Below, one piece after another: positions 62,633 to 64,000 of a stretch of DNA of 64,000 nucleotides; the first letter of the stretch is position 1, and every line of letters starts with the position of its first letter. The stretch lies in NCBI GenBank assembly GCA_963735805.1, contig CAVTMK010000004.1:128001-192000 (forward strand). The letters are read 5' to 3'. The DNA is from an uncultured Verrucomicrobiae bacterium (GTDB lineage: Bacteria > Verrucomicrobiota > Verrucomicrobiia > Chthoniobacterales > UBA10450). The position numbers and the translations under genes were made by a program. The notes under the pieces were generated by a model. That model was given only the letters and a program-made list of their open reading frames with translations. It did no database searches and was not told the DNA's origin.

Positions 62633-63418
62633 CTAACGATGTTTCAAGTTACGCAGCTCATTGAGCGCAAAATTAGCTGCTCGGCGGCCGCGATTGCGGA
62701 CAAATCGCCACGGGCCGCCATCGACAAAATAAGTGAGCAGAATGCTATCGCGCGTTTTCACTTCCGATCCGACCGGGTCGGCGGAATGCCATGTATTGTC
62801 AGCCACTGCGAATGCATAGCCGCTATTGGGCGAGAATGGCATCTGCGCTTTCTTTGGTTTTCTCCCATTTGGAAGAACTTCGTGAAAAATCGTGCCGATG
62901 TGTGGTGTCGAATTGTCGGCGGGCAGATACAACTGCACGGTAATTCCTTTCCATAGGCTGTCAGTGTGTTTAAAAATGCGGTATCCGGGGATGTCGCGAG
63001 TGAGGATCGGCACCGGATACATCTTCATTTTTGCAAAATTACGACCGAATCTGCGTTCCAAGCCGGGCGCGAGTCGTTGCACGAACGCTTTCTGTAATTC
63101 TTTGGAGCGCAACGTCTGCCCGGCTGCCTCCCAGATTTCGCGCTTCATCGGGGGCAAATGGCGGATGTACTCTGGAAAAAGATCGATCTTGGTGCGAGTC
63201 GGTTTGCCGTCGGCCCTGCTGCTTCCCGTTTTGCTTTTCCCAGACATTGCCCGGTAGTCATCTGTCACCGGCATCGCGAGCAACATTTCCGCGTAGAAGT
63301 CGTCCGGAAATACGCGGTCGAATCTCAAATGATGAAATGGTGCGTCGCCCGCGTGTGCGTTTTGGACCGAGTCTGCGACGAAATTCGTCAAATTGTTGAC
63401 TGACCACGATTGTCTCAT
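62633..63418 (-). CDS. 2OG-Fe(II) oxygenase-like protein
   Basis: HTDS..KGIT.QLY, TWH, RDSILLTY. Confidence 0.75.
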   Translation of the reverse strand: MRQSWSVNNLTNFVADSVQNAHAGDAPFHHLRFDRVFPDDFYAEMLLAMPVTDDYRAMSGKSKTGSSRADGKPTRTKIDLFPEYIRHLPPMKREIWEAAGQTLRSKELQKAFVQRLAPGLERRFGRNFAKMKMYPVPILTRDIPGYRIFKHTDSLWKGITVQLYLPADNSTPHIGTIFHEVLPNGRKPKKAQMPFSPNSGYAFAVADNTWHSADPVGSEVKTRDSILLTYFVDGGPWRFVRNRGRRAANFALNELRNLKHR

Positions 63419-63441
63419 TGATTGAATTGTTCCCGTGAATC

Positions 63442-64000
63442 ATGAGTCAAACAACTGAAAAACGCTCACGTTTCGCGCGCTTCGGGCGCTGGGTTGCCGA
63501 GTTAATTCTGGTGTTCGTTGGTGTTTACGCGGCGTTTTGGCTCAATAGCTATCAGCAACACCGCGAGGACGCGCAACGGCGTGATCAGATTCTGGCTTCG
63601 TTCGAGCAGCAATTGCGTAAAGGAATCGAAAGCGGAAAAATTAATCGTGCGAAAGAAGAACAAAAAGCCGCGGAGTTCCAACGCGCGCTCGATGCCGGTG
63701 AAATGCCGCGGCTCCAGCCGTTTTTTTTCATCACTGACTACAGCCCAAGCGACTGGGCTACGATGCTGCAATCCGGAGGCGTTCAACTGCTTGACGTGCA
63801 GACGCTCCTGGCTGTGCGAAACGATGAGTCAGTTATCCGCTGGGGATTGAACAGCATGGCGCGCTATCAAAAATTGAGTGACGAACTGATTGTGCCGAAC
63901 CTCGACCAGGACATTTCTTTTTTTTACGATCCGGCCACGAAGAAATTGAGAAAACGATTCGAGATATATCCCGAAGCTCTACAAGCCACTGTGAAATTCG
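63442..64000 (+). CDS. Hypothetical membrane-anchored protein, 3' truncated by window (absent from the ORF track)
   Basis: Manual translation MSQTTEKRSRFARFGRWVAELILVFVGVYAAFWLNSYQ..., open to the window end. Confidence 0.7.
   Translation, partial: MSQTTEKRSRFARFGRWVAELILVFVGVYAAFWLNSYQQHREDAQRRDQILASFEQQLRKGIESGKINRAKEEQKAAEFQRALDAGEMPRLQPFFFITDYSPSDWATMLQSGGVQLLDVQTLLAVRNDESVIRWGLNSMARYQKLSDELIVPNLDQDISFFYDPATKKLRKRFEIYPEALQATVKF

Overview
This window is bacterial chromosomal DNA, densely coding, with no rRNA, CRISPR array, integrase or transposase visible. The gene content and repeat style suggest a soil verrucomicrobium (Chthoniobacterales / Ca. Udaeobacter-like); that is an inference. 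Housekeeping genes include the end of fumC, polX, priA, trxB, metF, mnmG-plsY-gpsA, purN, prc, thyA, dnaK-groES-groEL and tRNA-Thr(TGT). Most notable: (1) a candidate dnaA-unlinked oriC at ~30.2-30.45 kb, with DnaA boxes, a DnaA-trio-like tract and a gene-strand switch, supported by a near-perfect parS inside mnmG; (2) an orphan halogenase / cation:H+ antiporter / halogenase cassette beside tRNA-Thr; (3) a split ArgZ/AgrE-like pair whose TIGR00300 half looks degenerate; (4) a GNAT-methyltransferase fusion; (5) a TIGR04282 / epimerase / MgtE-like / GT2 cluster; (6) GTAG-type REP doublets without a RAYT transposase; (7) two frameshifted genes; (8) a small toxin-antitoxin islet followed by a coupled pair of unknown genes. 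All family calls come from motifs read by eye; no database searches were run.
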